From positions 2,292 to 66,291 of the forward strand of contig CACLGU010000003.1 of NCBI GenBank assembly GCA_902606505.1: a DNA stretch of 64,000 nucleotides, read 5' to 3'. How positions within the stretch are numbered: position 1 is the stretch's first letter; every line of letters starts with the position of its first letter. Below, in pieces: positions 19,733 to 32,216 of this stretch. Position numbers and translations under genes: made by a program. Under the pieces are notes generated by a model. It saw only the letters and a program-made list of their open reading frames with translations, searched no databases and was not told the origin of the DNA. This DNA is from an uncultured Prochlorococcus sp. Lineage in GTDB: Bacteria > Cyanobacteriota > Cyanobacteriia > PCC-6307 > Cyanobiaceae.

Positions 19733-20539
19733 TTAAGAAAAACCCTTAATTAAAAATACAGGGAAAAAATCATTGTTATTAATCTTTTTAAAAACATTTT
19801 CTTCATAAACAGCATTTACAAAGCATAACCCCTTAGCTGGAGCAGATTCTTTAATATCATTTTTCTTTTTGTTTACCCATCTATCTGTAAAAATTTCTGG
19901 CGATATTTTGTTTTCTCCAACTAAAACTAGTTGACCAATAATTAGGCGGACCATTCCATATAGAAAACCAGTAGCTTTAATATCAACAAAAATCAAATCT
20001 TCTACTCTATTAATATCTATATTTTTTATTTTTGTAATTGAGTTTGTTCTATTACTACCACTTTTCTGAAAAGTAAAAAAATCATGTTCTCCTATCATTT
20101 TCCTGGATGCATTTAACATTAAAACTTCATCTAATACTTTTTGATATCTATGCCATGACCAATTATTGATGAACAAGTTTGGGAATTTACTGTTATTAAT
20201 GACATATCGATAATGTCTATACATCGCTGAATAGCATGCATGCCAACTATCTTTTACCTCAACTGATTCCAAGATCCTAATTGATGAGGGTAAAAGACCA
20301 TTTAAGATATCAGAATAACTATTTCCTGGAACAACACAATCAACATCAAAGTGTACTACTTGACCTGATGCATGAACCCCAGCATCAGTCCTCCCTGCTG
20401 CAAAAGTCTTTACTGTATGATTTGTAATCTTAAAGAGAGCTCTGTCTAAAATTTCTTGAACAGTAGTGGCATTTTTTTGTTTTTGCCAACCTGAATAATG
20501 AGATCCATCATATTGGACTAGTAAAGCTACCCTTTTCAA
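19733..20539 (-). CDS. truA: tRNA pseudouridine synthase A
   Basis: YDGS.YSGWQ, AGRTDAGVHA, FLYGMVR. Confidence 0.96.
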   Translation of the reverse strand: MKRVALLVQYDGSHYSGWQKQKNATTVQEILDRALFKITNHTVKTFAAGRTDAGVHASGQVVHFDVDCVVPGNSYSDILNGLLPSSIRILESVEVKDSWHACYSAMYRHYRYVINNSKFPNLFINNWSWHRYQKVLDEVLMLNASRKMIGEHDFFTFQKSGSNRTNSITKIKNIDINRVEDLIFVDIKATGFLYGMVRLIIGQLVLVGENKISPEIFTDRWVNKKKNDIKESAPAKGLCFVNAVYEENVFKKINNNDFFPVFLIKGFS

Positions 20540-20574
20540 AAGTTATTTTTTAGTAAAAGCCCTTATTAACTAAC

Positions 20575-20925
20575 TTAAACAAGCTCGATTATGGCCATCT
20601 GAGCGTTATCACCTTTTCTAGATACAGTTCTGACAATGCGTGTATAACCACCATTTCTATCTCCATATCTTTCCTTTGCTTTTTCAAATAATGAATGAAC
20701 TAATTTTTTATCATAAATATATCCAATAGCCCTTCTCCTAGAAGCCAAACTTCCCTCTTTGGCGAGTGAAATCATTCTTTCAGCTTCATTCCTTAAAGCT
20801 TTTGCCCTAGCTTTTGTTGTTGTTACTCTACCTTCTCTAATTAATTGTGTAGTTAAACCTCTTAGAAGTGCTTTCCTCTGATCAGCAGGTTTACTTAATA
20901 ATGGAATTCTAAGTTGGTGTCTCAT
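20575..20925 (-). CDS. rplQ: 50S ribosomal protein L17
   Basis: [18 protein letters not shown]. Confidence 0.98.
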   Translation of the reverse strand: MRHQLRIPLLSKPADQRKALLRGLTTQLIREGRVTTTKARAKALRNEAERMISLAKEGSLASRRRAIGYIYDKKLVHSLFEKAKERYGDRNGGYTRIVRTVSRKGDNAQMAIIELV

Positions 20926-20939
20926 AATCTTAAAAATTG

Positions 20940-21878
20940 TTAAACAGATGTTCTGCTTTGTGGAATAGAAATGCCTATGCGCTCAAGAGCTTCAATCACC
21001 TCATCTGCGGATTTAGAGCCAAAGTTTTTAATTTCAAGAAGATCTTCATAGCTGAAGCCCATTAAATCCGAAACTGAGTTAACTTGCGCCCGTTTCAAAC
21101 AATTATATGCTCTAACGGACAAATTTAGTTCCTCGAGAGGAATTTGAGCTTCAGGAGATGGTTCAGGTTCTTCAGGAATTTCTTCAACCATTGTGACAGT
21201 AGCAAGGGGTTGGAAGAGTTCTATTAATTGATTTGCAGCTTCAGCAATAGCATCGTCAGGACTGGTTGAGCCATCTGTTACTACCTCCATTTTTAATCTT
21301 TCTCTTCCCGTTCCGCCTTCTGCTACAGCAGTTTCATCAATCGTAAAGTTCACTCTCTTCACCGGCATAAATACAGCATCTATTTGAAGCAAATCAATAG
21401 CAGTTGTCTCTTCACTCTTTCGATCGACGGGTCTATATCCAACACCTCTTTCAACATGGATTTCCAACTCTAAGTTATGACCCTCCTGTATAGTCGCAAT
21501 CGGTTTTTCGCCATCAACAATTTCAACTTGAGAGGAGAATTGAATGTCGTTAGCCTTTACCTCCATTGGACCACTAGCTACTAACCTACCGATTTCGAGC
21601 TCTGGATTAGTGCTATTTATTGATAGTTGCTTGCAATTAAGAAGAATATCTAAGACGTCTTCTCTAACTCCAGGAATAGTTGCATATTCATGATTAATTC
21701 CTGCTATTCTTACTGCAGTAACTGCACTCCCTTCAAGTCCTCCCATAAGGACTCTTCTAAGGGAATTACCCAAAGTTGTAGCTTGTCCCCTTTCTAAAGG
21801 GCCAATTAAAAAAGTTCCTGTTTGGGAGCGATCATCTGCTATTTGATGGTCGATTCTGTCAATCTGGTATTGCAACAC
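20940..21878 (-). CDS. rpoA: RNA polymerase alpha subunit
   Basis: [31 protein letters not shown]; GTG start. Confidence 0.98.
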   Translation of the reverse strand: MLQYQIDRIDHQIADDRSQTGTFLIGPLERGQATTLGNSLRRVLMGGLEGSAVTAVRIAGINHEYATIPGVREDVLDILLNCKQLSINSTNPELEIGRLVASGPMEVKANDIQFSSQVEIVDGEKPIATIQEGHNLELEIHVERGVGYRPVDRKSEETTAIDLLQIDAVFMPVKRVNFTIDETAVAEGGTGRERLKMEVVTDGSTSPDDAIAEAANQLIELFQPLATVTMVEEIPEEPEPSPEAQIPLEELNLSVRAYNCLKRAQVNSVSDLMGFSYEDLLEIKNFGSKSADEVIEALERIGISIPQSRTSV

Positions 21879-21899
21879 GGAAAATAATGAGGTTAAGAG

Positions 21900-21921
21900 T
21901 TTTTTTTTTGGGGGGGGGGGG
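21900..21921. repeat. T10G12 homopolymer tract (C12A10 on the mRNA strand)
   Basis: Seen directly in the rpsK-rpoA spacer. Confidence 0.9.
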
Positions 21922-21939
21922 TTTGAGAATGGTTAAGAT

Positions 21940-22332
21940 CTAAACGCGTCTCCGTTTAGGTCTTCTACATCCATTATGAGGTAATGGGGTTACATCTCTT
22001 ATTAGAGTTATTTCTAATCCGGCCACTTGTAAAGCTCTTATGGCCGTTTCCCTACCTGCGCCAGGCCCTCTAACAAGTACTTCTATTTGCCTCATACCTT
22101 GATCAAGCGCTCTTCTAGCTGCAGCTTCAGCAGCTGTTTGAGCAGCAAATGGCGTACCTTTCCTAGCGCCTTTAAATCCACTTGCGCCTGCGGAAGACCA
22201 AGAAATTACATGACCAGAGGTGTCAGTAATTGAGACTATAGTATTATTAAATGTGCTTTGGATATGTACCACACCATTAGGTACATTACGTTTAGATTTC
22301 TTTGAACCTGTTTTTTTAACTGTAGCTGCCAT
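21940..22332 (-). CDS. rpsK: 30S ribosomal protein S11
   Basis: STFNNTI, PHNGCR. Confidence 0.98.
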   Translation of the reverse strand: MAATVKKTGSKKSKRNVPNGVVHIQSTFNNTIVSITDTSGHVISWSSAGASGFKGARKGTPFAAQTAAEAAARRALDQGMRQIEVLVRGPGAGRETAIRALQVAGLEITLIRDVTPLPHNGCRRPKRRRV

Positions 22333-22376
22333 GATGTTTTAAGTTAATTCTTGAATTTGTAAATAGATTTAGTTAC

Positions 22377-22742
22377 TTATTTTTTTCTTCCAGCAACTGT
22401 TTTCCTAGAACCCCGTCTTGTTCTTGCATTGGTTCTAGTTCTTTGACCCCTTACTGGAAGACTCATTCTATGTCTTCTTCCTCTTACACACCCTATATCT
22501 TGTAGACGTTTTAAAGCCATTCCCTCTTTTCTTCTCAAATCCCCTTCTAAAGTGAATTCTTCTGTGGCACCTCTTAGTTTTTGCACATCAGAATCTGAAA
22601 GGTCTTTGACACGAATATCGGGGTTTACGCCCGTATTAGCAAGAATTAGCTTTGATCTCGTTAAACCAATTCCATAGACGTATGTAAGTGCAATTTCAAC
22701 TCGCTTTTCGCGAGGTATGTCAATTCCTGCAATCCTGGCCAC
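22377..22742 (-). CDS. rpsM: 30S ribosomal protein S13
   Basis: [20 protein letters not shown]. Confidence 0.98.
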   Translation of the reverse strand: MARIAGIDIPREKRVEIALTYVYGIGLTRSKLILANTGVNPDIRVKDLSDSDVQKLRGATEEFTLEGDLRRKEGMALKRLQDIGCVRGRRHRMSLPVRGQRTRTNARTRRGSRKTVAGRKK

Positions 22743-22783
22743 GTGTTTTGAATAAGTAAAAGTTTAAATTTGAGGGTTGAAAT

Positions 22784-22900
22784 TTAACCCTGACGCTGTT
22801 TATTGCGAGGTCTTTTCTTGTTAATAACATAGATTTTACCTCTTCTCCTCACGATCTGATCGTCAGGACTAATTTTTTTGACTGAAGATCGGACCTTCAT
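22784..22900 (-). CDS. rpmJ: 50S ribosomal protein L36, Cys-free form (not in ORF track)
   Basis: [38 protein letters not shown]. Confidence 0.96.
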   Translation of the reverse strand: MKVRSSVKKISPDDQIVRRRGKIYVINKKRPRNKQRQG

Positions 22901-22945
22901 AGGGGTTTAACAAATAAAACGTTAATACTATATACTACATCATCA

Positions 22946-23494
22946 TCAAGCCATTTTTTGTTTGATATCAGAGGAAATTGTTTTTAAATCTCTATCAGCA
23001 TTAATATATTCTAACAATGAGAGATCCTTAAAATATTGAATTAATGGTTCTGTAGTTTTTTTATAAATATCAACTCTTGTTCTAATTGTCTCTTCCGTAT
23101 CATCTTTTCTCCCTCTTAAAAGCAAACGTTTTATTAGTACTTCTTCTGGAATATCTAAATAAAAAACTAATTCCAAAGGCTGATTTATTTCATTCAAGAC
23201 TTCATTCAATGAATTTGCTTGAGATAAATTTCTTGGGTAACCATCAAGAATCCAACCACTATTATCCTTGACTAAATTTTGTCTAACGATCTTTAATACA
23301 AGTTCATCACTAACAAGTTCTCCTCGATTCATAATATCCTTTACCTGAAGACCCAGGGTAGTATTCATTTCGATTTCTTTTCTTAATAATTCACCAGTAG
23401 AAAGGTGTAAATAAGAATTAGTTTGACTTAGCAATTCCGCTTGGGTCCCTTTTCCTGCCCCAGGAGCTCCTAAGAATAGTAAATGTTTCTTCAT
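22946..23494 (-). CDS. adk: Adenylate kinase
   Basis: [16 protein letters not shown]. Confidence 0.97.
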   Translation of the reverse strand: MKKHLLFLGAPGAGKGTQAELLSQTNSYLHLSTGELLRKEIEMNTTLGLQVKDIMNRGELVSDELVLKIVRQNLVKDNSGWILDGYPRNLSQANSLNEVLNEINQPLELVFYLDIPEEVLIKRLLLRGRKDDTEETIRTRVDIYKKTTEPLIQYFKDLSLLEYINADRDLKTISSDIKQKMA

Positions 23495-24813
23495 TAATTG
23501 TTAATTAGTCCCTCATACCTTTGTGAAATAACATAAGTTTGAATTTGCTTAGCAGTATCTATAGCAACACCCACAAGAATAAGTAATGATGTTGCTCCTA
23601 AACCTTGAAAGGTCTGAACATTTGTAGCTCTTTCTACTGCAGCTGGGATTATGGCTACTGAACCCAGAAATAATCCTCCCAATAAAGTCAACCTATTTTG
23701 TATACCTGATAGGTAGTTTGCTGTATTAGTTCCTGGTCTAACTCCCGGTATCGCTACTCCTCCTTTCTTTAAATTTGAAGCTACATCAACTGGATTGATA
23801 GTAAGAGATGCATAAAAATAGGAGAAACCCAAAATCAAGGAGAAGAATGTAAGAGCATATGGCCATGGATTAGAAGATCCTGGATTTAAACTACTGGCCA
23901 ACTTGATTAAGACTGGATTGCCCGTAACATTTGCGATAGTTATAGGTAAAAAGATTAAAGCAGATGCAAATATGATAGGCATGACTCCTCCTGCATTTAA
24001 TTTCAAAGGTAAATAACTTTGTCTTGTAGGAAGTAGTGTTGAATTTCCTATCTGCCTTTTTGCACTAACAATAGGAATGCGTCTTGCTCCCTCTTGGACA
24101 AAAATGATCCCAACAATTGTCAGTAAAAATACTCCAAGTAAAACTGCTATACCTAAAACATCTCCTCTATCGCCAGTTTGAGCTTTTTCAATGGTTGAGC
24201 TTAGAGCCTTAGGTAAAGTCGAAACAATATTCAAAAAAATTACCAGTGAAGCACCTTGACCTATCCCTTTCTCAGTAATAATTTCACTAAACCACATTAC
24301 TAACATTGAGCCAGTAACCAAGGCAATGGAGGTTTGCAAGACAAATATAGTTTCACTTATCCCCTCAATAGCATATTGTCTGAGGATTAAGGAAAAAATT
24401 ATACTTTGCAAAAAACCCCATCCTAATGAAACATATCTAGTTATTTGAGCAATTTTTCTTCTCCCCGCTTCTCCTTCATTTTTTTGTAAATCTTCAAGCA
24501 CAGGCAATGAAGCAGTGAGAAGCTGAATAATAATTGATGCGTTAATAAATGGAAGTATGCCTAAAGCGAATATTCCTAAGGTTGAAATTCCTCCTCCAGT
24601 AAAAATATCTAAAAAACCTATTAATTGCCCTCCTTGATCTATAAAACTTTTAAAAGCGACCCTATCAATACCAGGCATAGGGATATATATACCAAGTCTT
24701 ACTAAAAGGAGAAGACCTAAAGTAGTTAAAACTCTACTCCTTAACTCTTTATTTAAAAATAATTGGGAAAGTATTTCAGAAGCGCTAGGATTTCTACTTT
24801 TGTTGACAAACAT
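23494..24813 (-). CDS. secY: Preprotein translocase SecY
   Basis: [28 protein letters not shown]. Confidence 0.98.
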   Translation of the reverse strand: MFVNKSRNPSASEILSQLFLNKELRSRVLTTLGLLLLVRLGIYIPMPGIDRVAFKSFIDQGGQLIGFLDIFTGGGISTLGIFALGILPFINASIIIQLLTASLPVLEDLQKNEGEAGRRKIAQITRYVSLGWGFLQSIIFSLILRQYAIEGISETIFVLQTSIALVTGSMLVMWFSEIITEKGIGQGASLVIFLNIVSTLPKALSSTIEKAQTGDRGDVLGIAVLLGVFLLTIVGIIFVQEGARRIPIVSAKRQIGNSTLLPTRQSYLPLKLNAGGVMPIIFASALIFLPITIANVTGNPVLIKLASSLNPGSSNPWPYALTFFSLILGFSYFYASLTINPVDVASNLKKGGVAIPGVRPGTNTANYLSGIQNRLTLLGGLFLGSVAIIPAAVERATNVQTFQGLGATSLLILVGVAIDTAKQIQTYVISQRYEGLINN

Positions 24814-24842
24814 TTTGAAGCTTACCTAAATTTTTAGTAAAT

Positions 24843-25301
24843 TTATTTAATATTTATAAGCTCGCAGGATCCACCTGCGTCCTCAATTTTTTGTTTTGCA
24901 ACTTTTGTAAATGCATGAGCTTGGACTTTGAGCTTTACATTAATTTTTCCATTACCAAGGATTTTTAAGGGGAATTTGGGCTTGAAGATCAATCCTTTCT
25001 TAACTAGTGAATCAAGGTTAACTGTATCGTTATCTTTGAAATCATTTAATTTTTCTAAATTTATTATGGAAAAATTCTTTTGATTAATTATTTCAAAGTG
25101 CTTTAATTTTGGAACCCTTCTATATAAGGGCATTTGGCCACCTTCAAAACCTGGACGTGTAGGTCTTCCAGAACGTGACTTTTGTCCTCTCATTCCAAAA
25201 CCACATGATGCACCCTGGCCGGCTGCAATACCTCTACCCTTTCTTAATTTTTTCTTTCTCGAGCCAGAGTTTGATTTAAGTGTATTTAATGTTGAAGTCA
25301 T
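24843..25301 (-). CDS. rplO: 50S ribosomal protein L15
   Basis: [16 protein letters not shown]; ATG at 25301 preferred. Confidence 0.97.
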   Translation of the reverse strand: MTSTLNTLKSNSGSRKKKLRKGRGIAAGQGASCGFGMRGQKSRSGRPTRPGFEGGQMPLYRRVPKLKHFEIINQKNFSIINLEKLNDFKDNDTVNLDSLVKKGLIFKPKFPLKILGNGKINVKLKVQAHAFTKVAKQKIEDAGGSCELINIK

Positions 25302-25306
25302 AATTT

Positions 25307-25927
25307 TCAAGAATAGAGCTGTTCAAGTGAGATGCCTCTCTCCCTTGAGGCAGATTTGTGTGTTCTTAATTGAGAAAGAGCTACCATAGCAGCTCTTGCA
25401 TTATTCAAAGGTGTTTTACTACCCAATCTTTTTGCTAAGACATTTTTTATGCCCGCTAATTCTAAAACTGTTCTTATTGAACCACCAGCAATTACCCCTG
25501 TACCTGGGGCGGCTGGTCTAATTAGTACGTTAGCAGCACCATCTCGACCTTTAGATAAAGTCGGTATTGAATTACTTGGGGTTAAGGGAACCCTAACAAG
25601 ATTTTTTTTACCATCTGAAACCCCCTTTCTTACCGCACCAATGACATCCCCTGCTTTACCAACTCCAACTCCAACTTGACCTTTTTCATTACCTACAACA
25701 ACAATTGCTCTAAAACTCATTTTTTTTCCACCCTTAACAGTCTTAGAAACGCGTCGAATTTGAACAACTCTTTCTTGCCAATCAGAATCTCTCTCTAGAT
25801 TTTTTGCATCACCTCTTCTATTTCTTTTTCGATCATTACGATTATTCTTTTTTTGTTCTACGGGCATAGCCCCGGGAACGTTATCGTTCTTGGATTGAAT
25901 TTCTGGTTTTGTTGGAGTGTCAGTCAT
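25307..25927 (-). CDS. rpsE: 30S ribosomal protein S5
   Basis: [18 protein letters not shown]. Confidence 0.98.
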   Translation of the reverse strand: MTDTPTKPEIQSKNDNVPGAMPVEQKKNNRNDRKRNRRGDAKNLERDSDWQERVVQIRRVSKTVKGGKKMSFRAIVVVGNEKGQVGVGVGKAGDVIGAVRKGVSDGKKNLVRVPLTPSNSIPTLSKGRDGAANVLIRPAAPGTGVIAGGSIRTVLELAGIKNVLAKRLGSKTPLNNARAAMVALSQLRTHKSASRERGISLEQLYS

Positions 25928-25943
25928 AGTAAAAAATTAAGAG

Positions 25944-26312
25944 TTAGAATTCTAGGCCAGCTTCACGAGCAGCGTCTGCAAGTGCCTTTACTCTACCGTG
26001 ATATAAATTACCTCCACGATCAAAAATTACTTGCTTAATACCTTTTTTTATCGCTCTCTTTGCTAATAATTTTCCGACAATGGAAGAAGAATTACAATCA
26101 GAAGGTAACTTGTCAGATTTTTCTTTCAGTTCCTTATCAACAGTTGAAGCTGAGCAAATAGTTGTTTGAGCACTATCATCTATAACCTGGGCATAAATAT
26201 GGTTATTAGAGCGAAAAACAGACAATCTTGGACGCGTTGCATCTCCAATTAAGAATCTTCTTAATCTTCTATGTCTTTTTTGGGTTTGTAATTTCCTTGA
26301 AAGTTTGGTCAT
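25944..26312 (-). CDS. rplR: 50S ribosomal protein L18
   Basis: [20 protein letters not shown]. Confidence 0.98.
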   Translation of the reverse strand: MTKLSRKLQTQKRHRRLRRFLIGDATRPRLSVFRSNNHIYAQVIDDSAQTTICSASTVDKELKEKSDKLPSDCNSSSIVGKLLAKRAIKKGIKQVIFDRGGNLYHGRVKALADAAREAGLEF

Positions 26313-26326
26313 TTTTTTAAATGGAA

Positions 26327-26866
26327 TTATTTTTTGCCAGATTTACCAGCTTTTCTGAGAATTCTCTCATCATGGTATTTAATTCCTTTTCCTTTATATG
26401 GTTCTGGAGGTCTAATTGATCTGATTTTTGCTGCTTCGTTGCCAACAATTTCCTTATCAATTCCAGATACGGTAACGTTTGTATTACTCTCAACTTTGTA
26501 TGTTATACCATCAGGGGGGATCATTTCTACAGGATGACTATATCCTGCACTTACAACTAGGTTTTTACCTTTTACTTGTGCTCTTGATCCAACGCCAACA
26601 ATTTCTAGTTTCTTTGAAAAACCTTGAGTAACCCCTTCAACCATATTTGCAATTAAGGCTCTACATAAACCATGTCTCTGCCTTGAATATATTTTGGTAG
26701 TTGTGGGGCTTACAACAACAGTATTATCTTTCTTATCAAAACTAACTCCCTCAGGCATGAGACGTTTTAACTCACCCTTTGGGCCTTTCACTGTAACTAT
26801 TAATCCATCAAAATCAACTGTAACTTTCTCTGGAATAAGTACTGGTGTTTTTCCGATTCTTGACAT
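26327..26866 (-). CDS. rplF: 50S ribosomal protein L6
   Basis: [15 protein letters not shown]. Confidence 0.98.
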   Translation of the reverse strand: MSRIGKTPVLIPEKVTVDFDGLIVTVKGPKGELKRLMPEGVSFDKKDNTVVVSPTTTKIYSRQRHGLCRALIANMVEGVTQGFSKKLEIVGVGSRAQVKGKNLVVSAGYSHPVEMIPPDGITYKVESNTNVTVSGIDKEIVGNEAAKIRSIRPPEPYKGKGIKYHDERILRKAGKSGKK

Positions 26867-26878
26867 GATTAATTCTCC

Positions 26879-27280
26879 TTAATAAACATAGCAGAGGACT
26901 TCGCCGCCAATGCCTTGCTTTCTTGCATCGCGATCACTCATAACGCCTTTAGAAGTTGAAATTATGGCAACTCCAAGACCTCCAAGAACTTTTGGTAAAC
27001 CTCTAGTATTTTTATATATTCTCAAACCAGGTTTACTAACTCTTTGCATAGATCTGATGGTAGGAAATTTATTTTTACCACTATATTTGAGACCGAGTAT
27101 TATTTGTGATTTATAACCTTCACCTTCCTCATTAATATCAGAAATGAATCCCTCTTTTTGAAGCACTTTGGCAATACTTAAGGACATTTTTGAACCTGGG
27201 ATTGTTGTGGTTGTATGCTTTTTTTGACTCGCATTTCTAATTCGAGTAAGCATATCTGAAATAGGATCGTGATTTGACAT
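26879..27280 (-). CDS. rpsH: 30S ribosomal protein S8
   Basis: [19 protein letters not shown]. Confidence 0.98.
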   Translation of the reverse strand: MSNHDPISDMLTRIRNASQKKHTTTTIPGSKMSLSIAKVLQKEGFISDINEEGEGYKSQIILGLKYSGKNKFPTIRSMQRVSKPGLRIYKNTRGLPKVLGGLGVAIISTSKGVMSDRDARKQGIGGEVLCYVY

Positions 27281-27289
27281 AGTTTTAAT

Positions 27290-27829
27290 TTAATTCTTAC
27301 TAAAAGGCATTCCTAACTCCTTCAAAAGAGCTTTACCTTCTTGATCTGATTTTGCACTAGTGACAATTGTTATATCCATACCTCTTATTGAATCTATTTT
27401 ATCAAAAGAGATTTCAGGAAAAATCAATTGTTCTTTCACTCCAACGGTGTAATTCCCTCTCCCATCGAAACTTTTTGGATTAACTCCTCTGAAGTCTCTT
27501 ATTCTTGGTAAAGCTAGATTTATAAATCTCTCCAAAAAGGAATACATCCTGTCTCCTCTCAAAGTAACAGTACAACCAATCGGCATGCCCTCACGAATTT
27601 TAAAACCCGCGATAGCTTTTTTAGCCCTAGTTACAAGGGCCTTTTGTCCTGTAATTGTTGCCATTTCGTTTAAAGAGGCTTCCAGAGATTTTGAATTTGA
27701 AGCTGCCTCACCAAGACCTCTATTAACGTTGACTTTGACAACTTTAGGTACTTGATGAATATTTTTAAGACCAAGGTCCTTTAAAAGTTTTGGTCTTATT
27801 GATTCTTTGTAGCGATTTTTTAGAGTCAT
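27290..27829 (-). CDS. rplE: 50S ribosomal protein L5
   Basis: [15 protein letters not shown]. Confidence 0.98.
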   Translation of the reverse strand: MTLKNRYKESIRPKLLKDLGLKNIHQVPKVVKVNVNRGLGEAASNSKSLEASLNEMATITGQKALVTRAKKAIAGFKIREGMPIGCTVTLRGDRMYSFLERFINLALPRIRDFRGVNPKSFDGRGNYTVGVKEQLIFPEISFDKIDSIRGMDITIVTSAKSDQEGKALLKELGMPFSKN

Positions 27830-27903
27830 AATTTTTTGTTAATTCTGGTCTTTGTCAGAATTGATAAATTAGAAAAAGTTGAAATCTGGTTTCTGATGAA
27901 AAA

Positions 27904-28260
27904 TTAATCAATAACTTCACCAGTTTTCTTCAATCTTCTTTTCTTAACCCCCTCTTTATCAATAAAGTATTCAATCTTACTTGTAAGATTTTTATCCTTT
28001 GAAAAGAACATTACATTTGATGCATGTAAAGATGCTTCTTCTGTAAGTATTCTTCCAGTTTCTCCTTCCTGAGTTGGTTTTACATGTTTAGTCCTAAGGT
28101 TAATTCCCTTTACAACTACTCTATTTTCAAGAGGGATAGTTTTTAAAACCTCACCAGTTTTCCCCTTGTCCTTGCCATTAATTACTTTGACCAAATCTCC
28201 AGTTTTGATTCTCATTTTTATTCTCTGGAAATTTTTCTTTTGCTTTAAAGAATCCAACAT
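27904..28260 (-). CDS. rplX: 50S ribosomal protein L24
   Basis: KOW motif [18 protein letters not shown]. Confidence 0.97.
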   Translation of the reverse strand: MLDSLKQKKNFQRIKMRIKTGDLVKVINGKDKGKTGEVLKTIPLENRVVVKGINLRTKHVKPTQEGETGRILTEEASLHASNVMFFSKDKNLTSKIEYFIDKEGVKKRRLKKTGEVID

Positions 28261-28626
28261 TTAAATCACCTCCGGAGCAAGAGAAACAATCTTAGTATAA
28301 TTTTTATCCCGCAGTTCTCTTGCTACAGGACCAAAAACTCTCGTACCTTTTGGATTCTTATCTTCATTAATCAATACTGCCGCATTGTCATCAAATCTGA
28401 TTGAATTACCAGTATTTCTTCTTAATGTTGCTTTAGTTCTGACGATAACAGCTTTAACAACTTCAGATTTCTTAACTCCCATGTTAGGAAGAGCATCTTT
28501 TACAGTTGCTACGATTACATCTCCGACATGCGCATACCTTCTATTGGAACCTAAAACCCTAATACATTGGAGTCTTTTTGCTCCGCTATTATCAGCAACT
28601 GTTAAGTAAGTTTCTTGTTGAATCAT
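28261..28626 (-). CDS. rplN: 50S ribosomal protein L14
   Basis: [15 protein letters not shown]. Confidence 0.98.
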
Positions 28627-28889
28627 TTTTTTACCTCCTTAGCCTGACTTGTTTTATTGAGAATCTCTTCTATTGCCCATCTTTTATGAGCACTGAGCGG
28701 TCTAGTTTCTCTAATTTTAACTCGATCACCTAAAACACATGTATTTTCTGGATCATGCGCCTTATATCGTGTAGTTCTACTTACAATTTTTTTATAAGTG
28801 GGATGAGGATATCTGTTAATAACAGCAACAACAACTGTTTTATCCATTTTGTCGCTGACAACAGTACCAATTCTTTCTTTAAGTGCCAT
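28623..28889 (-). CDS. rpsQ: 30S ribosomal protein S17
   Basis: [15 protein letters not shown]. Confidence 0.98.
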
Positions 28890-28898
28890 AACTAATAA

Positions 28899-29117
28899 TT
28901 AATCAGAAGTTGTTTTAGAAGCAGATTGACTCTTACTGAGAGTGAGTAATTGCGCAACTTGTTTCTTGATAATTTTAAATTTGTGAGTTTCATTGAGCTG
29001 TCTTGTAGCTTGCTTAAACCTCAAGTCAAAAAGATCTTTTCGTAATTGGTCAATCTTTTCAGCAATTTGTTCAGAATTTAATTTTTTAAATTCCTTAAGT
29101 GACTCTGAATTTTTCAT
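28899..29117 (-). CDS. rpmC: 50S ribosomal protein L29
   Basis: [13 protein letters not shown]; position in the operon. Confidence 0.96.
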   Translation of the reverse strand: MKNSESLKEFKKLNSEQIAEKIDQLRKDLFDLRFKQATRQLNETHKFKIIKKQVAQLLTLSKSQSASKTTSD

Positions 29118-29596
29118 TGTTTAACCTCCTCTTGAGATTTTTTACTATTTTTTGTATTTTCTTGGGAGGAGTTTTCTAGATTTTTATCAATGGAGATAAA
29201 TTTTGTTTTTACAGGAAGTTTGTATTGAGCCAGACGCATAGCTTCCTTTGCAGTTTCCTCAGTGATATCCTCACCACCCATTTCAAAAAGTATTCTTCCA
29301 GGTTTTACAACTGCGACCCAAAACTCTGGATTACCTTTACCAGAACCCATTCTGGTTTCGGCAGGTCTCATGGTTACTGGTTTATCAGGAAATATTCTTA
29401 TCCAGATTTGACCACCACGTTTGATATATCTGGTCATAGCTCTTCTGCTTGCTTCAATCTGACGTGCAGTTACCCAGCCACAGTCTTGAGCTTGGAGAGC
29501 AAATTGACCGAATGCAATAGTATTACCTTTTGAGGCTACACCCCTCATTCTGCCTCTATGTTGTTTACGGAATTTAGTACGTTTTGGACTAAGCAT
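29114..29596 (-). CDS. rplP: 50S ribosomal protein L16
   Basis: [16 protein letters not shown]. Confidence 0.98.
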   Translation of the reverse strand: MLSPKRTKFRKQHRGRMRGVASKGNTIAFGQFALQAQDCGWVTARQIEASRRAMTRYIKRGGQIWIRIFPDKPVTMRPAETRMGSGKGNPEFWVAVVKPGRILFEMGGEDITEETAKEAMRLAQYKLPVKTKFISIDKNLENSSQENTKNSKKSQEEVKQ

Positions 29597-29607
29597 TTTT
29601 ATACCTC

Positions 29608-30339
29608 CTATGAATTCTCATTTGAACGATCCTCAAATTGCTGAGGTCTTCTACTTGCTTTCCTCTTAGGGCTCGCACCCACAGGGATAGTTTGTTCTTC
29701 TTTAGGGAGAACTTCACCTTTGAAAACCCAAACTTTAATGCCTAGAACACCGTAAGTTGTATTAGCTTCGCGTGTTGCATAGTCAATTTCAGCTCTCAAT
29801 GTATGCAATGGAACTCTACCTTCTCTAGTCCATTCAGTTCTAGCTATTTCAGCACCATTCAACCTTCCCCCTACTTGAATTTTAAGACCTAAGACTCCAG
29901 CCCTTTGAGCCCTTTGTAAGGCCATCCTTATAGTTCTTCTAAAGGCGACTCTTTTTTCAAGTTGTTGCGCAATATATTCAGCTAGTAAAAAAGCATCAGC
30001 ATCTACGCGTTCAACTTCTACAACGTTTATTCTAACTTGCCTTGTTCTATCCCCTATAGTTTTTTGAATGCCAGATCTTAATTCTTCAATCCCACTTCCT
30101 TGTCTTCCAACTATAACTCCTGGTCTTGCTGTTTTTAATTCGAGTTCCAGTTGGTCAGCTTTTCTAGCTATTAAAACATCGCTAATTCCTGCTGCTCCAT
30201 ATTTTTTTTGTATGAAGGTGCGAATTTTAAAATCTTCTTGGAGAAGAATTGGATATGTTTTAGAAGTGGCGAACCACTTAGAGCGATGCTCTTGTGTAAT
30301 TCCTAATCTTAATCCAGAAGGATGTATTTTATGTCCCAT
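29608..30339 (-). CDS. rpsC: 30S ribosomal protein S3
   Basis: [17 protein letters not shown]. Confidence 0.98.
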   Translation of the reverse strand: MGHKIHPSGLRLGITQEHRSKWFATSKTYPILLQEDFKIRTFIQKKYGAAGISDVLIARKADQLELELKTARPGVIVGRQGSGIEELRSGIQKTIGDRTRQVRINVVEVERVDADAFLLAEYIAQQLEKRVAFRRTIRMALQRAQRAGVLGLKIQVGGRLNGAEIARTEWTREGRVPLHTLRAEIDYATREANTTYGVLGIKVWVFKGEVLPKEEQTIPVGASPKRKASRRPQQFEDRSNENS

Positions 30340-30725
30340 TAGTTTTGTACCTCCGCATTAGTTTGAGTAGGAGCAGATTCAACAGTAATACTGATGTGGC
30401 AGGTCTGCTTTTTAATTGAAAAAGCTCGACCTTGAGCTCTGGGCCTATACCTTTTCATTACTGGACCACTATTAGCCCATGCAGAGGAAATAACTAAGTT
30501 GGATGGATCCATTCCAAGGTTATGTTCTGCATTGGCAACCGCAGATCTTAGAACTTTAGTGATGGGATCTGTAGATCTGTAAGGCATAAATTCCAACATA
30601 ATCAATGCATCTCTATAAGACCTACCCCTTATCTGATCCAAAACTCTTCTCACTTTAGAGGCTGATCCGCGAATGTAATTCCCATGAGCAATTGCTGTTT
30701 TTGTTGTTTCAGGTGTTTTTGTCAT
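30339..30725 (-). CDS. rplV: 50S ribosomal protein L22
   Basis: [16 protein letters not shown]. Confidence 0.98.
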   Translation of the reverse strand: MTKTPETTKTAIAHGNYIRGSASKVRRVLDQIRGRSYRDALIMLEFMPYRSTDPITKVLRSAVANAEHNLGMDPSNLVISSAWANSGPVMKRYRPRAQGRAFSIKKQTCHISITVESAPTQTNAEVQN

Positions 30726-31000
30726 GATTTTGCTCCTTTCTTATCTCTTAAGTGACCTCGGTAAGTGCGTGTAGGAGCAAATTCACCAAGTTTATGACCA
30801 ATCATTTGTTCAGTAATAAATACTGGAATGTGAGTCTTGCCATTATGTACGGCGATTGTGTGACCAATCATTAAAGGTAAAATCGTAGAGGATCTCGACC
30901 AAGTTTTGATAACAGACTTGTCATTATCAGTATTTTGTTTTTCTACCTTCTTGAGCAGGCTATCTGCTATAAAAGGTCCTTTTTTTAGTGAACGTCCCAT
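30722..31000 (-). CDS. rpsS: 30S ribosomal protein S19
   Basis: [17 protein letters not shown]; true start at 31000, the ORF-track extension overlaps rplB. Confidence 0.98.
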   Translation of the reverse strand: MGRSLKKGPFIADSLLKKVEKQNTDNDKSVIKTWSRSSTILPLMIGHTIAVHNGKTHIPVFITEQMIGHKLGEFAPTRTYRGHLRDKKGAKS

Positions 31001-31037
31001 GATTATGTAATAGAAATTGAAATAATAAATGAAGTAA

Positions 31038-31901
31038 TCAAGAGTCTCTTCCTCCTCTACTCCTCTTAGAAACGCGACGGCGTCTTCGAACAACTAATTT
31101 ATTGCTTGGTTTGTTCTTTTTACGTGTCTTTAGTCCAAGTGCTGGTTTACCCCATGGAGTAACTGGTCCTGCTCTACCAATTGGTGCTTTTCCCTCTCCT
31201 CCTCCATGTGGATGATCACATGGGTTCATTACACTACCTCTTACTTGAGGCCTTCTTCCAAGCCATCGTCTTCTTCCTGCTTTACCTAAGCTAGTATTTC
31301 TTATTTCAGAATTACCAACTTCTCCAAGAGTTGCGTAGCATTCTTTTCTTACAAGTCTTACCTCGGTAGATGGGAGTTTTAAAGCAACATAATCTCCCTC
31401 TTTTGCCATAACTTGAGCACTAGCTCCTGCGGATCTAACCATCTGAGCACCCCTACCCGCATATAACTCAACACAATGAACACTAGATCCTAATGGCATC
31501 ACAGAAAGTGGCATTGCATTACCATTTTCAATCGGAACACTTTCTCCCGATATGACATTTTGTCCAACTTTTACTCCTGCTGGAGCGATAATATATCTTT
31601 TTTCCCCATCTTCGTAGAATAAAAGTGCCAGCCTTGCATTTCGATGAGGATCGTAGTGTATAGCTGCCACTTTAGCGTTGATGTTTCTTTTATCTCTTCT
31701 AAAGTCAACTAATCTATATTGCCTTTTATGACCACCTCCACGATGACGACAAGTGATAACTCCACGATTATTCCTGCCTTTCAATCTATGTTTTGAAACT
31801 ATTAGTGATCTTTCGGGTTTTGCGCTTGTTATTTCACTAAAATCAGTAACTACTCTCTGCCTAGTACCAGGTGTATAAGGTTTAAATTTACGGATTGCCA
31901 T
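31038..31901 (-). CDS. rplB: 50S ribosomal protein L2
   Basis: [18 protein letters not shown]. Confidence 0.98.
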   Translation of the reverse strand: MAIRKFKPYTPGTRQRVVTDFSEITSAKPERSLIVSKHRLKGRNNRGVITCRHRGGGHKRQYRLVDFRRDKRNINAKVAAIHYDPHRNARLALLFYEDGEKRYIIAPAGVKVGQNVISGESVPIENGNAMPLSVMPLGSSVHCVELYAGRGAQMVRSAGASAQVMAKEGDYVALKLPSTEVRLVRKECYATLGEVGNSEIRNTSLGKAGRRRWLGRRPQVRGSVMNPCDHPHGGGEGKAPIGRAGPVTPWGKPALGLKTRKKNKPSNKLVVRRRRRVSKRSRGGRDS

Positions 31902-31913
31902 GATTAAAACTCC

Positions 31914-32216
31914 TTAAGATTCTGGAAATAGTTGGATTTTGTCTCCTTCAGCAAGACGCACAACTGCCTTCTTGACCTGAGAACGTTTACCGGAAAATTT
32001 CCCGACTCTTCTTGTTCTCCTTGGAGGATTCATAGTGTTAACTCCTATGACTTTAACACTGAATAAGGCTTCAACAGCTGCCTTTATTTGTGGTTTTGCC
32101 GCTCTATGATCTACTTCAAAAGTATATTGGTTAAGATCTAGCGCATTTGTAGCTTTCTCAGTAATAACTGGCTTTCTTATTACGTCGGCTAAACGAGAAT
32201 CGAATAATTTACTCAT
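31914..32216 (-). CDS. rplW: 50S ribosomal protein L23
   Basis: PVITEK, KKAVV. Confidence 0.97.
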   Translation of the reverse strand: MSKLFDSRLADVIRKPVITEKATNALDLNQYTFEVDHRAAKPQIKAAVEALFSVKVIGVNTMNPPRRTRRVGKFSGKRSQVKKAVVRLAEGDKIQLFPES

